Shown one piece after another: positions 35,599 to 50,950 of a DNA stretch of 64,000 nt (position 1 is the first letter of the stretch; each line of letters begins with the position of its first letter). The notes under the pieces were generated by a model. The model saw only the letters and a program-made list of their open reading frames with translations. It did no database searches and was not told the origin of the DNA. Position numbers and translations under genes: made by a program. The DNA is from Tubiluchus corallicola (taxonomy: Eukaryota; Animalia; Priapulida), in NCBI GenBank assembly GCA_030141605.1, contig JAQGDQ010000085.1, positions 619,442-683,441 of the forward strand, given 5' to 3'.

Positions 35599-38500
35599 CT
35601 GAAAAAAGAACAACTTCACCTTAAGCAACTAGGAAGATGGGCACCTCTATGTACATCCACAGTAAAACAAATTGTAGGAACAAAAGGTATATGGGCAATA
35701 ATTTTAGCTTACCCTATAATCATAAGAGTATATTGTTATAATGCGAAGTATAGTTACGAGTATGCGACATTCTAATTAAAACCACACAGTTGATGCTGCA
35801 TAATTAAATGATATGATTATATAAACAAGCATATATCAAACTAAATTGGGAAGCCCTTAGGTGAGCAACTGTTAGAGGAGCACAAGATGTTGAGTGTTAA
35901 GTGAGTATTTAAAGTGTAGAATATGTAAAGCCTCCAATATCACTACTGTTAGAGGAGCACAAGATGTTAAATGAGTATTTAAAGTGGGTTTAAGGGTTGA
36001 ATATGTAAAGCCTCCAGTATCACTAAATTTAATCGTCACGTAAATTTCACGACAGTGTTGAATAACCGAACTAGGGACAGGCGGCAGATATCTTACAGAG
36101 GTGGTTGTAAAAACATTCATAGATTTACACATACTAGATAAATGGCGATTTCGGCAAAAGAAACACAAAAGGACATGAGACAAATTGTGAAAAAAATGGA
36201 GCCGAAGCGTCTGATGATACAGGTCGAAGCGAGATTACGGGGATTCATATTTAGAATCATATAAATCTTATATATATATATATATATATATCACTGCTGC
36301 AATCACCGCTATAGCAATACAAAGTGCTTTGATGTTGTGAGCCATACTCGCTAGTGTGGGCGTTGCGTTGGAAAAAATCCTTCGAATATGATTAAATTCT
36401 GCTGTATATGTCATTGCTGTAATAACCGCTATAGCAATATAAGTCAGTGTTGTAATCATTGGTATAGTAATACAAACTACTTTGATGTTGTGAGCTCTCT
36501 CGCTAATGTGGGCGGCACATTGGAAAAAGTAATACAGTAGTTGAAAGCGAAAACCTTACAATTCGTCTGTCTGCGTCGCAGAAATGGAAAAAAAATACCT
36601 ACAAATCTCCAATTAACAAGGCGGAGGCAAGAAAATCATCCTATTATTTCCAGAGTGAAATAGTAATCTCTGTGCCTTCTAATCCCCCAGACGTCTTGTT
36701 TATGTGGCAGGTTTCTTTGTCAGGGACAGTAATTGCATTTATGAGTTAAGGATTCGAAGAGAACCGCGTTTAATTGCGCTTCGTTGCCTGACATATTTAC
36801 GATGTCTTCTGACTGGTTAAGTGTGATTTACAACTGCAGGAACAAACCGTTTGTTGCAAATTGCAATTGCCCTGTGCCTGGAGATTGATTTTTAGCACTA
36901 AACTTGAACGACTTGAATGACAGAAAATGTGAAAAAGTTGAATATTGCCCAAAAAGTCACCCATTTCTCTGACATTAGAAATTGTCCGACAGGTCCACAA
37001 TAGAAATGTTTAGGTTAGTGCCGCGAAAATTCACCCGGTAACCCTTAGATCTGGCTCAAGCATCCGGTAAGCCTTAAACTCTGGCTCAAGCACTCGGTAA
37101 GCCTTAACTCTGGCTCACTGAAGCAGGAAAACTCTTTGTTGGCAAGGTCATCCAGCCAGCCATCCATTCTTAGTCATTTAAGTTAAATAAGTTTTAAAAG
37201 GAACAGATCACCGTTATTCAAAATTGCAGTTATTACCTTATTTAAATTACATTGTAGACTATTTATACATTTCCTTACAAAAACATCTAAATACATTACA
37301 TAATTTATGTCTGTAGTTAAATGGCTTGTTTAATAATTTACGCAGCAGCATATTATATGAAACCAATTTTCTCATGCTGTGCATATTGTAATGTCGCCAA
37401 GTAACTATATCATAAAAAGAAGTGCAACAAATTCGAAGTTACTGCAGTTTAACATTCAAAGTGTACGAAACTTGTAATAGCTCAAAACTTTTTCTAAAAA
37501 AATAACCACTTTGGTAACTTGTCACTACTAATTCTGTAATTCTGTATCAATGGCGTCTTAACTAAAAGCAGCGCCCCACATTAAAAGGTACGTCCCGGCT
37601 TAACAACCTTTTCATAATCATTGTAGGTAACCAGTCATGTAATACTTGCCTAAAAGCCAGAGCAATATATATCAGTTATCAACAACACTGCATCGCAAAA
37701 AGTACTGTTTTGACAAAAGTGTTTAATGCTTTTACAAAATTAGTTGTTTTTTCAAAAGTGGAAAATTTTTTGACAAAAACATTAACTTCGTATTTTGCAA
37801 ATTACTGGCAGTTTTACAAAAGTGGCTCTTTTTTGTAAAACAGTACAAAACTGACCTAGTTGTTTTTCACAAAAGGGGGAAATTTGACAAAAATAACAGC
37901 CTCTGGTTTTACAACAGTGGGTAAGATCTTTAACGTCCGGCTGTAAGATTTACAAGAGTGCAGAAAAAAACAAATCTATCGTAAAATAAACATAACTATT
38001 CTTAGTGTTAATTAATGTAATTAAAACGATTAGATGAACCAGTAAATTGCTGTATCGGGTGAAATACGATGATGTTCATTTCTTAGCAAAGGACTACCAG
38101 AAAGAAGAACTGTAATTTTTAATTGAGTGTTAAAGTTAGTTATGTCAAAAAATAATTTATTTGTTTGGTATAGGTTTATTAGGCGTTCTTCGAGTTCCTA
38201 TAGCTTATAGCTTGTATTGATTATTACTATTTTACGGATCGTTAGTAGCGCAGTCTTGGTTACAAAATTCTACGAAATTACATATAGATGGCTCGATTAT
38301 ACCCGCACATACTTTGTGTGTCAAAGCTCGCAATAATTACTTGTGTGGCGATATTGTGTATCAGAACGCTTAGCTAAAAGGCCACATATGCATTTGTGAA
38401 TTGATTTCAGATAAGCCGTTTATAATCAAGTGCAATGTAGACGACCAGTCCATTAAGCCGGAAGGTATTACAGACCAGAGATCTGTATTATTACTGATCA

Positions 38501-41500
38501 TAGAGCTGCTCTGCAAGACAGCGAAATTCTCTCTCACGATTGATTTTTCTCATCCACGTTTCGCTTTCAAGTTTGCGGTTTCGGATAGAGTTGGCATAGT
38601 AAATACAAGGACTGACAGATGACACTAAGCCTCCCAAAGCATGCAGATGACTAGATGTCATTTCAGTGAAGACACTGACAGAGCCTCGTCATTCTCTACA
38701 AGGTTTTTGTTCTATGCAAATGATTTTAAAAAGAAAAGACGCACAAGCACCTCTGCCGAGTCGGCTTGTAATTTTAAAGAAGTGCATATATACTTGTTAT
38801 ATTATTATTAGCAATTATTACACCATACAAGACCTACATTATGCTACATGTAATCAGTAACATGTTTATAACATGCAAATGTTGAGATTGAAACAAGTAA
38901 TAAAATGATGACATCGTTAAACTAATAAGATCAAATTATTTCGTAACTGACATGAAATCTAACGGTCTGTAACAATTCTGAAGAGGTATCAGGTCTTTCA
39001 AACAACCAATGCTGGCATCATAATTGCTGTTGATGATGATGATGATGACAATGGTGGAGATGATGACAATGAATCAGTGATGGTAATTTTAGCCCATACA
39101 ATACAGGTGTGTGTGGAAACTATTCAGCTTGCTTACAGTTTCACTTTTAATACGTGGATTAACTATGGTGTAATGTATACATTTAAACTGATTGTTTCAT
39201 AATAAAATAGCATCATTCTACTTTTTTAGACTTGAGTGCTGTTCAATCAAGTTTCACATGACGTAACAAACGAAGAAGCTACGTATAATGTGACGCATGG
39301 GATATCTAGCATATATATGTTTGTGTGTATTAAGCTGCTCTTCTAGTTTTTGAATCGTGTAAGACATTACTTTTACACCTACATTTTCTGGGCAGACTCT
39401 AGCTGCGCCCTCATGATCGATAAAATTTCATGAGATGATCAATTTCCTCACGCGTGAAGTTTGATGCGATATTTTGCTGTTCCACGTACGAAATTGACGA
39501 CACAAAAATTGATTTTTTAACAAAACGCAGAAAAAGTTTACGCATGCGCATTCTGCAAGATACTGGAAGAGGCCTAAATGCAGCAACAGTATTCTCGTAA
39601 CGAACTGCGAAAAAAATCATAATACCAGAAGTGTTTAGAACTTAAAAAACAAGGTTTTATATACGGCATGATCATATTAATACCAGATTCTCTGGGTAAT
39701 TCTTTTGTTAAGAGGTTTATAGCGAGAACTGACTCAACAGACGTACCCCCTCCTACAAGGGGATTCTATATCCGCCACCCTTGAGAAACTTTTGCAAATA
39801 AAACAAGATTGTTCGCCTTTCCAGTAGCTAAATTAAATAGAATAATTCACAAAGCCATGATTTCATTTCGTGTAGCAAATCAATATACTGACATTGAATT
39901 CTAGTCTTTGGCATGGAATTGATTTTGGTAATATTTGAAACAGATCGATGGGCTAGGTCCCTGGGCAGGGAAAGTGCCAGAGAAAAACATCAGCCATTCG
40001 CTGCATTTCCTTAGGTTGTTGTAAAACCTTTTGATGTCTTGGGTGTGTTTGATTAGTCGACATCGCGTTTTTAAATGCTTTCGACATGCTTTCATAAGTT
40101 CTTGCTGGTTTGGCTGTTGTTTGTAACACAGGACAACCTGTATTTTTGCCTGCTTGTGTTCACAATTTAGCCTTAAAATTGATATAAAAACACGCACGCG
40201 CACGCACGCACGCACACACACACACACAAGCTAAATAATATATATAAGACCACACATTAAAGCATAAAAATAAAATTACTGAAATTACAATAAAATAGAG
40301 CGCGCAGCTACAAAAACGCACATATAAGAGGACACACTATTTATATAATTATATACAGAAGACAGTGCACACGAAATCAATTCACCAAAATAATGACTGT
40401 TTACTGTAATAAAAACTCATTACAACGATTTAGTAATTTATGGCCGCACGGCAGGGAAAGTGTGCACATAAAGGCTAACATTTTGTGTTTATCACACATC
40501 CGGAATGCGTATGCGTTATGGAGGCTGCGGAATGGATAAAATCCGTTTATACTGTTTTCAATGCAACCGTTTATCATACCTGCATTATGCGTTACTTTTT
40601 TCTGCAGCTATTTCCAATTGATTCGCAGCTTTTCCGCAGTTGGATTGCGCATTCGGATGTCTGACGAACGCCACTCGGTGGTTATGATCATTTAGAATTA
40701 TAACCTATTGGCTGAACGCTAAGATCACGTGGAAACAAGCTAATAGAAGCAAAATTGCACAATTTTTTGACAAATTGAGTCGTGACAATAAAAATTATGT
40801 GATAAGCAGAAGTCTGCTATAGCCCTTATTAACTAAGATCCGAAATGTAAAATTTTACAAGAACAATAAATTCTTTTAAATTAGCTGGCAGTTAACGTAA
40901 AATTAGATTACGATTGTGAATGTCAGAATGTTCATAACCCATTGCGATTTATTTCACAGCAATTATTACCCATTGACGGTAAAGAGCTGAAGAAAGAAAA
41001 CGCTAAAAAACTGTGAACAAGTCGGGATTTGAGCCCAAAACGTGAAATTTATTACTTCCATGGTGTGCCGGCTGAGCTACCAGTCCAACATAACAGAGCA
41101 GGCTCAGCAGGTAACCAAGCTGGAAAGCATGGGTGTATTAATTATAGGCACAGCATGCTACCAGGTGACTAAATTGCATTCTGAATTCAAATTACTGCAG
41201 TTTATTAGAAACAACACATAATATTTGATATCATTTATTATTTCATCAAAATTTGTCTCTGTAGTGTAATAAAGACTATTGCAAATTTTGAATCGTTACA
41301 AATTATACCGTAATCGTTGAAATGCCAATACCGCTTCGCAATGACGCGAGATTATGTGTGGCAATAAACGCTGATTCAATTTAATATCATTTCCCCAGAC
41401 AATTCACTGCGCGAAGTAGTGGGAATGGTGAAAATGCTGGAAAAGAAGAAGAAGCAGAATGTCCTCTCCCTCTGGTGGATAGATATAGAAGGTTACAGCA

Positions 41501-41548
41501 TCTGTTTATGTAACTTCGGTATATAAGACGGGCTCAAAAATCCTTTGC

Positions 41549-41615
41549 ACGAGTGGGATTCGAACCCAGAATCGGTGGATAAGCAGATAAGTGCTGTAAA
41601 CATTCGGCCACTAAG
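41549..41615 (-). mobile_element. tRNA-derived SINE head remnant
   Basis: Minus strand has A-box-like TAGTGGCCGAATG and B-box GGTTCGAATCCC, but no complete cloverleaf. Confidence 0.5.
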
Positions 41616-43409
41616 GAGAAGGAAGTGCCTTAATTATCCAAAACACAATTACCAAATGATAAATTCATTTTATACAATGGCTGATGTACTGCGCAGAGCT
41701 TATAGAGTTTAGATTTTGTGATTTAGATCTATTACAATAAGCAATAAATAATTTGTATATCACAACTGGGACTTTCGCTCTATCAACTGAGCCACAAAGG
41801 ATTCGTTGGTGTGTTTAACCATTTGTAATTCATCTAAACCTTGATATCTAAAGTCCTGCTCAAAGCTTCTGATCGTATCTTTACTTTAATAGATTTCTGT
41901 AACCTTAATTAGTTGGTTTATGCTAAAAGCATAAAAATTGTCAATTCAATTGCACTTAGTCATGTACTTAATGTTTCCCTGTCGAAGATAATATTTCACT
42001 AATTTAGCCAAAACAAAGCAAATTATAATAGCCTTTTAATTTGCATAAATTTTTACCGCTAGTTAAACTTGAAATGCATAATTTTTTATAAAAGCTTTAT
42101 CGTGTTTTTGAAAGATAATCAACGAAATGCATCCAAACAAAAATTAACCCGAATCACCGAAGAATTCTCGTTTTCTTTAGATTGTGCACGTAAGGCTATT
42201 TATTGTAGGAAGCCTTTGCTTATTGCGCGGGCTTCCAGTACTGGACTTGGCTTCATCTGGAAGAAACAAATTGCATTGCAACAATTAATTAAACTCCTTG
42301 GACTAATTACAGTTTGCTTGTCATTGCTTGTATTACATACGATGTTATTATACCTCGTTTGGATGGAAAACATTGCTTCGAACAGTTGTGCGGTCCGCAT
42401 GTGTATGTGTGTCTGTCTATTCGTTCAAACGTTTTAAGTTTGGTCCATGGAGTTTACAATGTAGAGTGCTAATGAGGTAGCCGAGGGCTAGCCTCGGTCT
42501 GGAAGATCATTGCATTAGGTCAGCGAACGTTTTTAGTTCACGCCTTTTACTACTGTTATTATTACTGCTACTCCTCCTGCTACTGTTGCTGCCGCCGCCG
42601 CCGCCGCCGCTGCTACTGTTTCCGAGCATGTGACAGTTACTTATGGCAGTCCTCTCTCTTCAGTCTGTCATCATACGTAGAAGTCTATTTGTATGAAACT
42701 GCAGTACAGCCAGTACTAACATAACAAGCCTAAGTTCAACGTACTTTACTGGTTTCCAAAAGCAAAATTGACAAACCCTCAAAATGTTTGATGCTTGCAC
42801 AACCCTGAGAAGGATTTCGATGTTTTGCTACAAAAACGTATTAAAATAATTATTAAGAGGGCAGATAAATAAATACCCTCTTTTGCTCTAAACTAATGCC
42901 AGTCACAAGCCCTTACTTTTGCCTGGATCTGCCCACGATCTTGCTTGGTAGGTAAATTTCAGAAATTTACTTTTGCAAACAAAACAGGAAAGAGGCGATG
43001 AAAAGAAAAATTTGCGTGTGCGGGTAATATCTTTCAGCAGTCAGTAACCCTTGTCAAAGCTTATTAGATTTACACCTAATCTACTATCTAATACACTCTG
43101 CTAAACTTAATTTGCATGCATGATAATGAATAGGTAATGAGAGCCATGCATCCTGCAAAGCATTTTCAACAACGCTTTGAATCAGCGAAAGAAGTTGGAG
43201 AATCGCATTTCTAGAAGACAATCGAAACTCTTACAAAGCATAGTTATACTTGCAAAGTAATAGGCTACCAATTGTTTGAATACTACAAGATATTTCAAGA
43301 ACTTACGGTTTATCGTTTTAATTGATACTTTCAAACAGATATTTGAAGAAATATTTCAAAAAACTCATAATATTGACTATAGTTTACAATATAGAATGCA
43401 GTTACGACG

Positions 43410-43610
<201 letters not shown>

Positions 43611-44003
43611 GCAATGATCTTAATAACGACGATGCTGTTGATGACGCCGATAATGATATAATGACTACGATAACACTAGCGAACGCCATCGTAGCTAAAG
43701 TGACTACAGCCAAAACAATTATTTTACAGAATTGTAAATATGATGAACTAACTAAACATCGATAAATTATTAACACTTTCAACTACGTCTGTCTGACTTC
43801 AACGCCCCCTCGTTCCCGGCAGCACGTCGTCAGAGACTGAAGCCTGGCTTTGTGTTTAACAAGCTTCGAAGATTAAAATTTATGGCGTAAAAGTCTGACT
43901 TCAGGTAACGAGTGACTCATCCATCAATTTGTAAGTAAAAAGAGATTAGTTCTGCCTAAGGCTCGGTTGAGTGAGACAAATTTCACTTTTGCTCGAATGT
44001 TAG

Positions 44004-44640
44004 ACATAGACAGACATAGACATAGACATAGACGTAGACGTAGACATCTTTATCGGTCATATATATTACACATGATATACATGAAATTTGTTGCTTATGC
44101 TTTGCACAGATAAAAAGCAATTAGCGTAACAAAATTCGAAACTGTAATTTAAATTCAACTATACGTATAAATTTAAATGGTACAATTGAAATAAAGCTTA
44201 AAAAAGGAAAAATTGAAAGTTATTGAAAGAGTTTAGCTACTATTGAATTCTTTGAGTGAAATGGGAACAAATGAAAATTTAAAGCGATTTGTTCTCGAAA
44301 ATGGCACATTTAATCTTACTTAGTGCGGGAGAAACTTAAATTCTTCATGTACGGGATGGAAGTTATCTGCCAGAATTTTCTTCAATAACATATTATTACA
44401 CAGAACAGCATGGTCAGGTGTAAATTATTCTTACCAAAGAGCTTTATATATTTTTTCCTTGGTCTTTCCAAGTTAATTTACGATAGTTAGCAAACATATG
44501 AAAAAACTACATTACGATAGTTCAGAACAGAAGAGATGGTTGTGTTATAAAACATAATAATAAGTGAATTATCAACATTAAGAGTTCGAAGCACTGCAGT
44601 CGTATTGCCTTCTTTAACTGGAACTTTGCCAGACCTATCA
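44004..44640 (-). mobile_element. Rex1/L2-group LINE 3' remnant with hexamer microsatellite tail
   Basis: Minus translation KKILADNFHPVHEEFKFLPH*VRLNVPFSRTNRFKFSFVPISLKEFN, followed by a short UTR, ATAAA and a (GTCTAY)n tail at 44004-44046. Confidence 0.7.
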
Positions 44641-47600
44641 GTAATGATCATTTTCAATCTATTATATAATTTTCCATTTTTACTCCTGCGGTTACATCAA
44701 AGGAAAGGTGTTTTAACGATCAGCAAAACAGATACTGCACAACTGAAAGCAGTACGACAACTAAGCTCATTATAGTAGGAGAAAAGGAAAATCAGTGTCT
44801 TTTATTAGCATTCCCTTTTAAAGTCACCACAAAACCAAATTGCAATTAGTCGTTTAAAGAAAAGTTATTTAATAAATTTAATAAATGAATGATAGCCTGA
44901 ATAAAGAAATGAGTAACAGATGTACAAATGAATAAAAGATAGAAAAAAAGAAAAAAAGAAATGCCTAAAATAATGAATAAATGAATGAACGAATGAATAA
45001 ATGAATGAATGATGACCGAATGAATGGATGAATGACTGAGTGTGTATAAATGAATGAATGAATAAATGAATGAACGAACGAACAAACGAATGAAAAAACA
45101 GTAAATAAACAAATGAAGGAGTAAAAGAGGAAATAAATTAATGGATGAGTATACGAATGATTAACTAAAGAAAAAATAAGTCTTTAGTCATTAGTCACTA
45201 ACAGATATGTTAAGCAAATGCAATATGGATTATGCTAGGCAGATTAACAATAATCATCGCATCCACGCACCTGGACACCTTCAGGAATCTGTACTAATTA
45301 TCTGCGTGGGCGGTAGTTTATGCACCTCCACTATTGTCAGTTTTTATTAAGTCTTCTAGGAATCTTGTTAGTGTTATTTATGAGTTTTATTGATCAGTAG
45401 AGCGCGGGAGTAATTGTTGACTAATGACTACAAGTTCATTGCTGCCTGTCAAATTTACGGAACGCGACCATGAAATTGGCTTCCGTGATGCTGGACCATT
45501 TCACGCTCCACTGACAAGTTTACACCTTTTGCACCTAAAGATTGCAGGCATGCGGTCAGAATAATTATGGTAGCGTGAAGGAAGCACAAGCCATGTTCTC
45601 ATTTAGGCGACATAATTGCATGAATCACACGTATCTGCATTTGCACGCAAAATTATTAATGCGTTACGATGATTACCGCCTAAGCGGAACCGAAAAACAG
45701 TACTAAGGGCACGTTCACACATATGCGTGATGATGAAAAGAACTAACGCAAACTTAATTCTTAGACAAGAATAGATACAACAAATGAAAAGTCGTGCTTT
45801 TTAACGTCGCATTTTCTTCGTTTTTCTTAAATTTTCCTTATTTTTTTATTGAGTGACAACAAATCATTAACCACCATCTTATGGGAAAAATTGAAAAAAA
45901 TAAGTGATAACTGTGAGAACGTTTAATCTTGAATGAAGATCACAGATTTTATTAACGGGTATGACCACCATTCGTAGCTCTGCTGGTCACTTAATGAGAC
46001 GATGATACCTTCGCAAGAATTCTGAGTGAAAATAGTAATTATGACGACTCACTGCTTTAGAAACTCTGTGACTTTTGTTATTTCTGGAGATCAAAGGTGA
46101 TAAGGATCAGAAAAATTATCATGTAAAAATATAGAAAAAAGTTACCCACCACAAAAAATATTCACATGAGAATCCCCTAATGCACTTGCTTATTTATCTT
46201 TTTTCCTTGGCAGTTTGCCAAGGCAATGTAGTGTAATAAGTTGAGATCAGGAAAGAAAAAGTAATTACCAAGTAGCAGCTTCAATGGCTTCCACGTAATA
46301 ATCATCTCAGCTATTTGGTGTTATTTGCGTTCTACTTGTAGAACTAGAATAATAGCACAGCAACGTATGATCCAAAGTATAATTTGAATTATAGTCTGAT
46401 GTATATGTGGCAGAGGCACAGCCTTCCTTGACGATAAGGTCAATATGGTGCTTAGTATTTATTTAATATTTATTTTATTTTAGTTAAAAAGGTTGGAATC
46501 AGTTAATTAAAAAAGGGTGAAAGAAAAGGGTTTACAACTATGGCAGGATAAACTTGAAGCATTTTCTACCGCTAATAATTATTTGAACGACAAACCACGA
46601 CATTATTTTGAAAGCTGGATGAACGAAATATATAATACAGTGTACTGAGTTGCTGGTGTATGGCAAGAATTGGTGCATTGGAAATTAATGGAAATCCATT
46701 ATTCAGATGGAATATAGTTGAACGTGATAGATTTTGTAAGTGTGGCTTAAACCTGGGAGAATTTACGTCTTATTTTATTGTACTGTCCTCATTATGAAAA
46801 GGGAAGAAAAATGGTTGTTTGGGGAGATCACGTAAGTTGGGTATTATTCCAAAATGCTGATTATCGAAAAACCTTCATAGTGATATAATTGAGAGACGCC
46901 GTGAAATAGGAATTGCAAGCCTTGTCTAATTTCAGTCGACTGGCAGTTTTGTCTGCTCACGTTGATATAAAAAAGGTCCAGGCACTGAAATGAACTGATT
47001 CGCGTTACTTGCAGACCATATTATTTTTTCCTGATTATTCCTTATTAAGTAAGAATTATAAATCATCAAGAAGCTGTAAAACACAATCACAAATGACGCG
47101 TGGTGAACTAATCAGCTATGGTGCTCGATTTCTTGTAATCTACGGGATGAGGTGAGTGTTTTACTATTAGTGATGGACGTCCTTGACAAGGCTTGCAATT
47201 AACGTTAAGGACACGTTTTTCTGTGTAATTTCAACAATAATCAAATGCATAGCACAAAATGTTGAAAATTTTTATGCCACCGATATTGGAATTTCAAAAA
47301 ATAAATACTCAGAAATCGATTGGTTTACAAAAGCACTATCATTTTAATCTTTCTTGTTTCACCGTTCAGCAAACGCAATCAAGTAAACCTAAGTCTCTCC
47401 AAAGTATAGAACTAGCTGCGCAAGAACAACAAAAATGAATTGCAGCTTGTAAATGAATGAAATATTATAGGATTTTCATAATTTTACTAGAAAATCGCAA
47501 ACTTGGTTATATTGTTTTAAAAGTATTGTTTTTGTCAATTGTGCTTAGTTTTGTAGCGTCTTTTCTTTATAGCTATTTCGATATATATCTTTATCGAAAT

Positions 47601-47764
47601 TGTATGTATTCTTGCATCCTTGTCTTGTAGCTCTGTTTATGGCACTAATAAATTATGTTTATGATTATAATTTACCAGAAACATAAATAATTATATTCAT
47701 AAACAATTTGTGTGTTACTTCATCTGTGTTTACTCTTAACATTGTTGCACGCTAGGGTATAATG

Positions 47765-47808
47765 AATGATGATGATGATGATGATGATATGATGATGATG
47801 ATATGATA

Positions 47809-47864
<56 letters not shown>

Positions 47865-47895
47865 AATAATAATAATTATTATTATTATAATAATT
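47765..47895. repeat. (GAT)n/(AAT)n microsatellite
   Basis: Directly visible. Confidence 0.9.
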
Positions 47896-48664
47896 CAGTT
47901 TTCAGAGAACTAATGGACTTTCCTTATAAGGAAAGTGAAACATTCACTGCCTCCACACATTTCCCTGTACAAATATAGCGTATAATGAATTAATGGGGTT
48001 ATTCGATAGCAAAGTCACTGAGGCCTAAGCGCAGCCTTTGCCTACTGCTCTGTGTCCTAATATGGACAGTATGGCTTCTCAATAGGCTCTGCACGTGCCA
48101 TGCACTGGACACCCAGCTGCAATCTAGTTTTATTCAATTGCTTAATTTGATAAACTCATTCAATTGGCAGGTTAAGGCTTTTCACACGGGAAGATAACGG
48201 TCGCATTCTCCTTGTTATCTTGTGGGTCGACGAACCGTCAAGTTCTATTGCATTTTGCAGAGAATTTGACTTCACGGAATCTGACAATAGTCCGAATTAC
48301 TTAAGCAGCTTTGCTCGGCTGGCGAGAGATACGTTGAATACTAATTGAAGCGAACATTTTCGTAGTATAGAAATGTTAAGGAAGTGCTTCTATTACCGAT
48401 CATGTGCCAGGAAACAGTGTGCTGACCTGCACGTTTAATTGGCGTTAAGAGATCAGCCGGATGACGCTTATGGTCTCGCTAAGAATACATTCAACTGCAT
48501 GTATTCAGGGCTGTCTCGTTATGTAATAACTAACAGTAATTAATTATCTTGGCTCTCCTATTTATGAACGTGATATTCCATTGCTAGGAAGTCATTAGTT
48601 GTTCTATTACGGTATGTCTGCTCTACCAAAGAAGAATAGTTAGATTAATCATTGCTCTATTTTA

Positions 48665-49098
48665 TCTTACCTTACCTTACCTTACCTTAGCTAACCCTAC
48701 CTTAGCTACCTTACTTACATTACTTACCTTACATTTCTTACATTACCTTACCTTACCTTATCTTAATTTACCTTACATGATTTTACCTTACCAAACTTAC
48801 CTCGCTTTACCTTATTTTATCCTGCTTTATTTTTACCTTACCTTATCTTACCGTACCTTACTTTACGTTACGTTACCTTACCTTACCTTACCTTACCTTA
48901 CATTACATTACCTTACCTTACCTTACCTTGCCTTACCTTACCTTACCTTACCTTACCTTACCTTACATGATTTTACCTTACGTTACGTTACGTTACGTTA
49001 CCTTACCTTACCTTACATGATTTTACCTTACCTTACCTTACCTTACCTTACCTTACATGATTTTACCTTACCTTACCTTACCTTACCTTACCTTACGT
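48665..49098. repeat. (CCTTA)n pentanucleotide array with CGTTA/CATTA variants
   Basis: About 430 bp of CCTTA units, interrupted by a recurring CATGATTTTA block. Confidence 0.95.
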
Positions 49099-49859
49099 TA
49101 ACAAAAGCCTTTACTAGTTAAAGCATAACTATCTTATGCTTAAAAATGGCTCATTAAACGACCATCACGTGAACTTTTGGGATGAGAAGAACAACTATGT
49201 GGTCTTGGAATGCGCAAGAACAACTATATTGTCTTGGAATGCGCTTACCAGATTAAGGAACGCCAAATCTGATCAATAAATGATTGGTGATCATTTGGAA
49301 AGATAGGCCAACTTTGGATGGTTTCATGTGCCTGCCTATTTTCCTCGTTGTTTGGACGCGTATGCGACTTTCATGTTTCAACCAGATACATTCCAGCCCT
49401 CCCACGATCATATAATTTAAGTAGGCAATGCCATTCTGCACTTAATTGCACTTTACACCTAAACTGAAAGAAACGCCGCTTCGTTTGATAATTGCAAGGC
49501 GATGACTGACGAAGATTGTTTAAAATGATGCGAATTTTTCCATGATTCATTGGTGTCCTGCGGCAAGGTTTCAGTTTTCATTAGAAACACTATTCATTAG
49601 CAGAAAGCTGCTCCATCATGGAGATGAAGCTTGATTCAGCGTGTTGACTTTGTTTTATCTATGAAGTATCAGCTACAATACACCCAGTTGACCAAGTTGC
49701 CTTGATGACTTTTGTATTCAGAAGATTTTGCTTTGGGCAAAAGGAGTCCGCACCACAAATTACAGGAAGAATAATTGGCTTGGTAAGCAAACGTATTATG
49801 TCTAATGTGAACGTAACCAACCATGATTTGACTTGGTTAAATGCAGAAATAAAACACTA

Positions 49860-50230
49860 CAAAGTCCACACGTGCACATATGTAGAAGATGTTATTATGT
49901 ATAATTATCAAAACGACACGCTACCTCTGCATTTCTAAAACGGTACAAACATTTTTGCTGAAAAACTACCAACTTGCATAGATTCGGAAAGAATTTCATG
50001 GGACTGATAAAAAAGTTATAGATTAGCCTGATGAACAACACAAATTTGAAGTCTGTTCATCTATTTGCATTCTATAATTTACACAGTTTGACATCTCTCA
50101 AGATTGAACATTTACTTCGCAACACAGGCATTAGTACAATGATCCTGAAACTTCATGAAATGGCCTCGCTAGGCGTGAGTCTCCATTTGACGGACAACTC
50201 TTTGAAATGTGATTACAAGATGCTTCAGAG
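49860..50230 (+). pseudogene. Decayed paralog of the nested LRR gene
   Basis: TYVEDVIMYNYQNDTLPLHF*NGTNI aligns with EYVDELLIHNYKEKHIPPYFLVGKTV. MNNTNLKSVHLFAF aligns with MTNNDVIKTVEYKTF, RNTGISTM with KKTNISTM, and VSLHLTDNSLKCDY with VSITLLENPLVCNC. It has a stop, a frameshift and internal deletions. Confidence 0.65.
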
Positions 50231-50814
50231 TAAAAAGCAAATAATAGAAAACGTCAAACGTTACTTCCAAACACAAACAAGAAAAATGTCAATGACAATT
50301 TGTGAGTGAATGACTTTTGTCCAAACGTCTATTCAAGTCATTCGCTCATGCCAGAACGGAGAAACGTTCCACAACCAAGTCTGAAAAATGCGGTTCCCCG
50401 CATTTGTGTGTTGGTTTGCCAGAATCCCTGTAACCTAACGTGCGCTAAAAACTTTCGATGAGAGCAACTAAAGGCGATCTCGATGCATATACCGTCAAAA
50501 TCGATAAGCTAGTAATCGTGAACTATAAAGGAAAGCAGGTACCAGAGTTTTTCCCATTAGGGTACTATCACAAGGTTAACACTAAATAACCGCGGGCTTT
50601 AATGGTAAAGATGATATACAAACGCTTCATTGAACACGTGACGTGTAATCAAGTCCTCAAAACGGTTGATGAAAAAGCATGTAGTTGGATCGATTCTCTG
50701 AGGACTGTAAGCTTCATTAATAATAATAATAATTTAGGACATAGTCCAAGGATAACACTTTAAATAACTTAGTAGTTATTTCCAATGTGGTCCCAATTAT
50801 TAATGCCCGCAAGT

Positions 50815-50950
50815 TACTTCGATTAACGCGCGTGCTTGTTCGAAGAACCAACAGTATAATTTTTTAAGTCTTTGGTATGACTCAGTCAGAGGTTGAACCC
50901 GCAAACTCCCAGGTGGAAATTGAGCACGCTATCATTGAACTACGCTACCA
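50815..50950 (-). mobile_element. tRNA-derived SINE remnant with Nin-like domain
   Basis: Minus strand: B-box GGGTTCAACCTC followed by GTCATACCAAAGACTTAAAAAA, the start of the Nin domain. Confidence 0.55.

Noticed and set aside
41020-41615. Possible tRNA genes (also about 56820-56880 and 33980-34050)
   Set aside because: Only A/B-box remnants without a full cloverleaf; better explained as SINE heads.
48665-49098. Interstitial telomere
   Set aside because: The unit is TAAGG, not TTAGG or TTAGGG.
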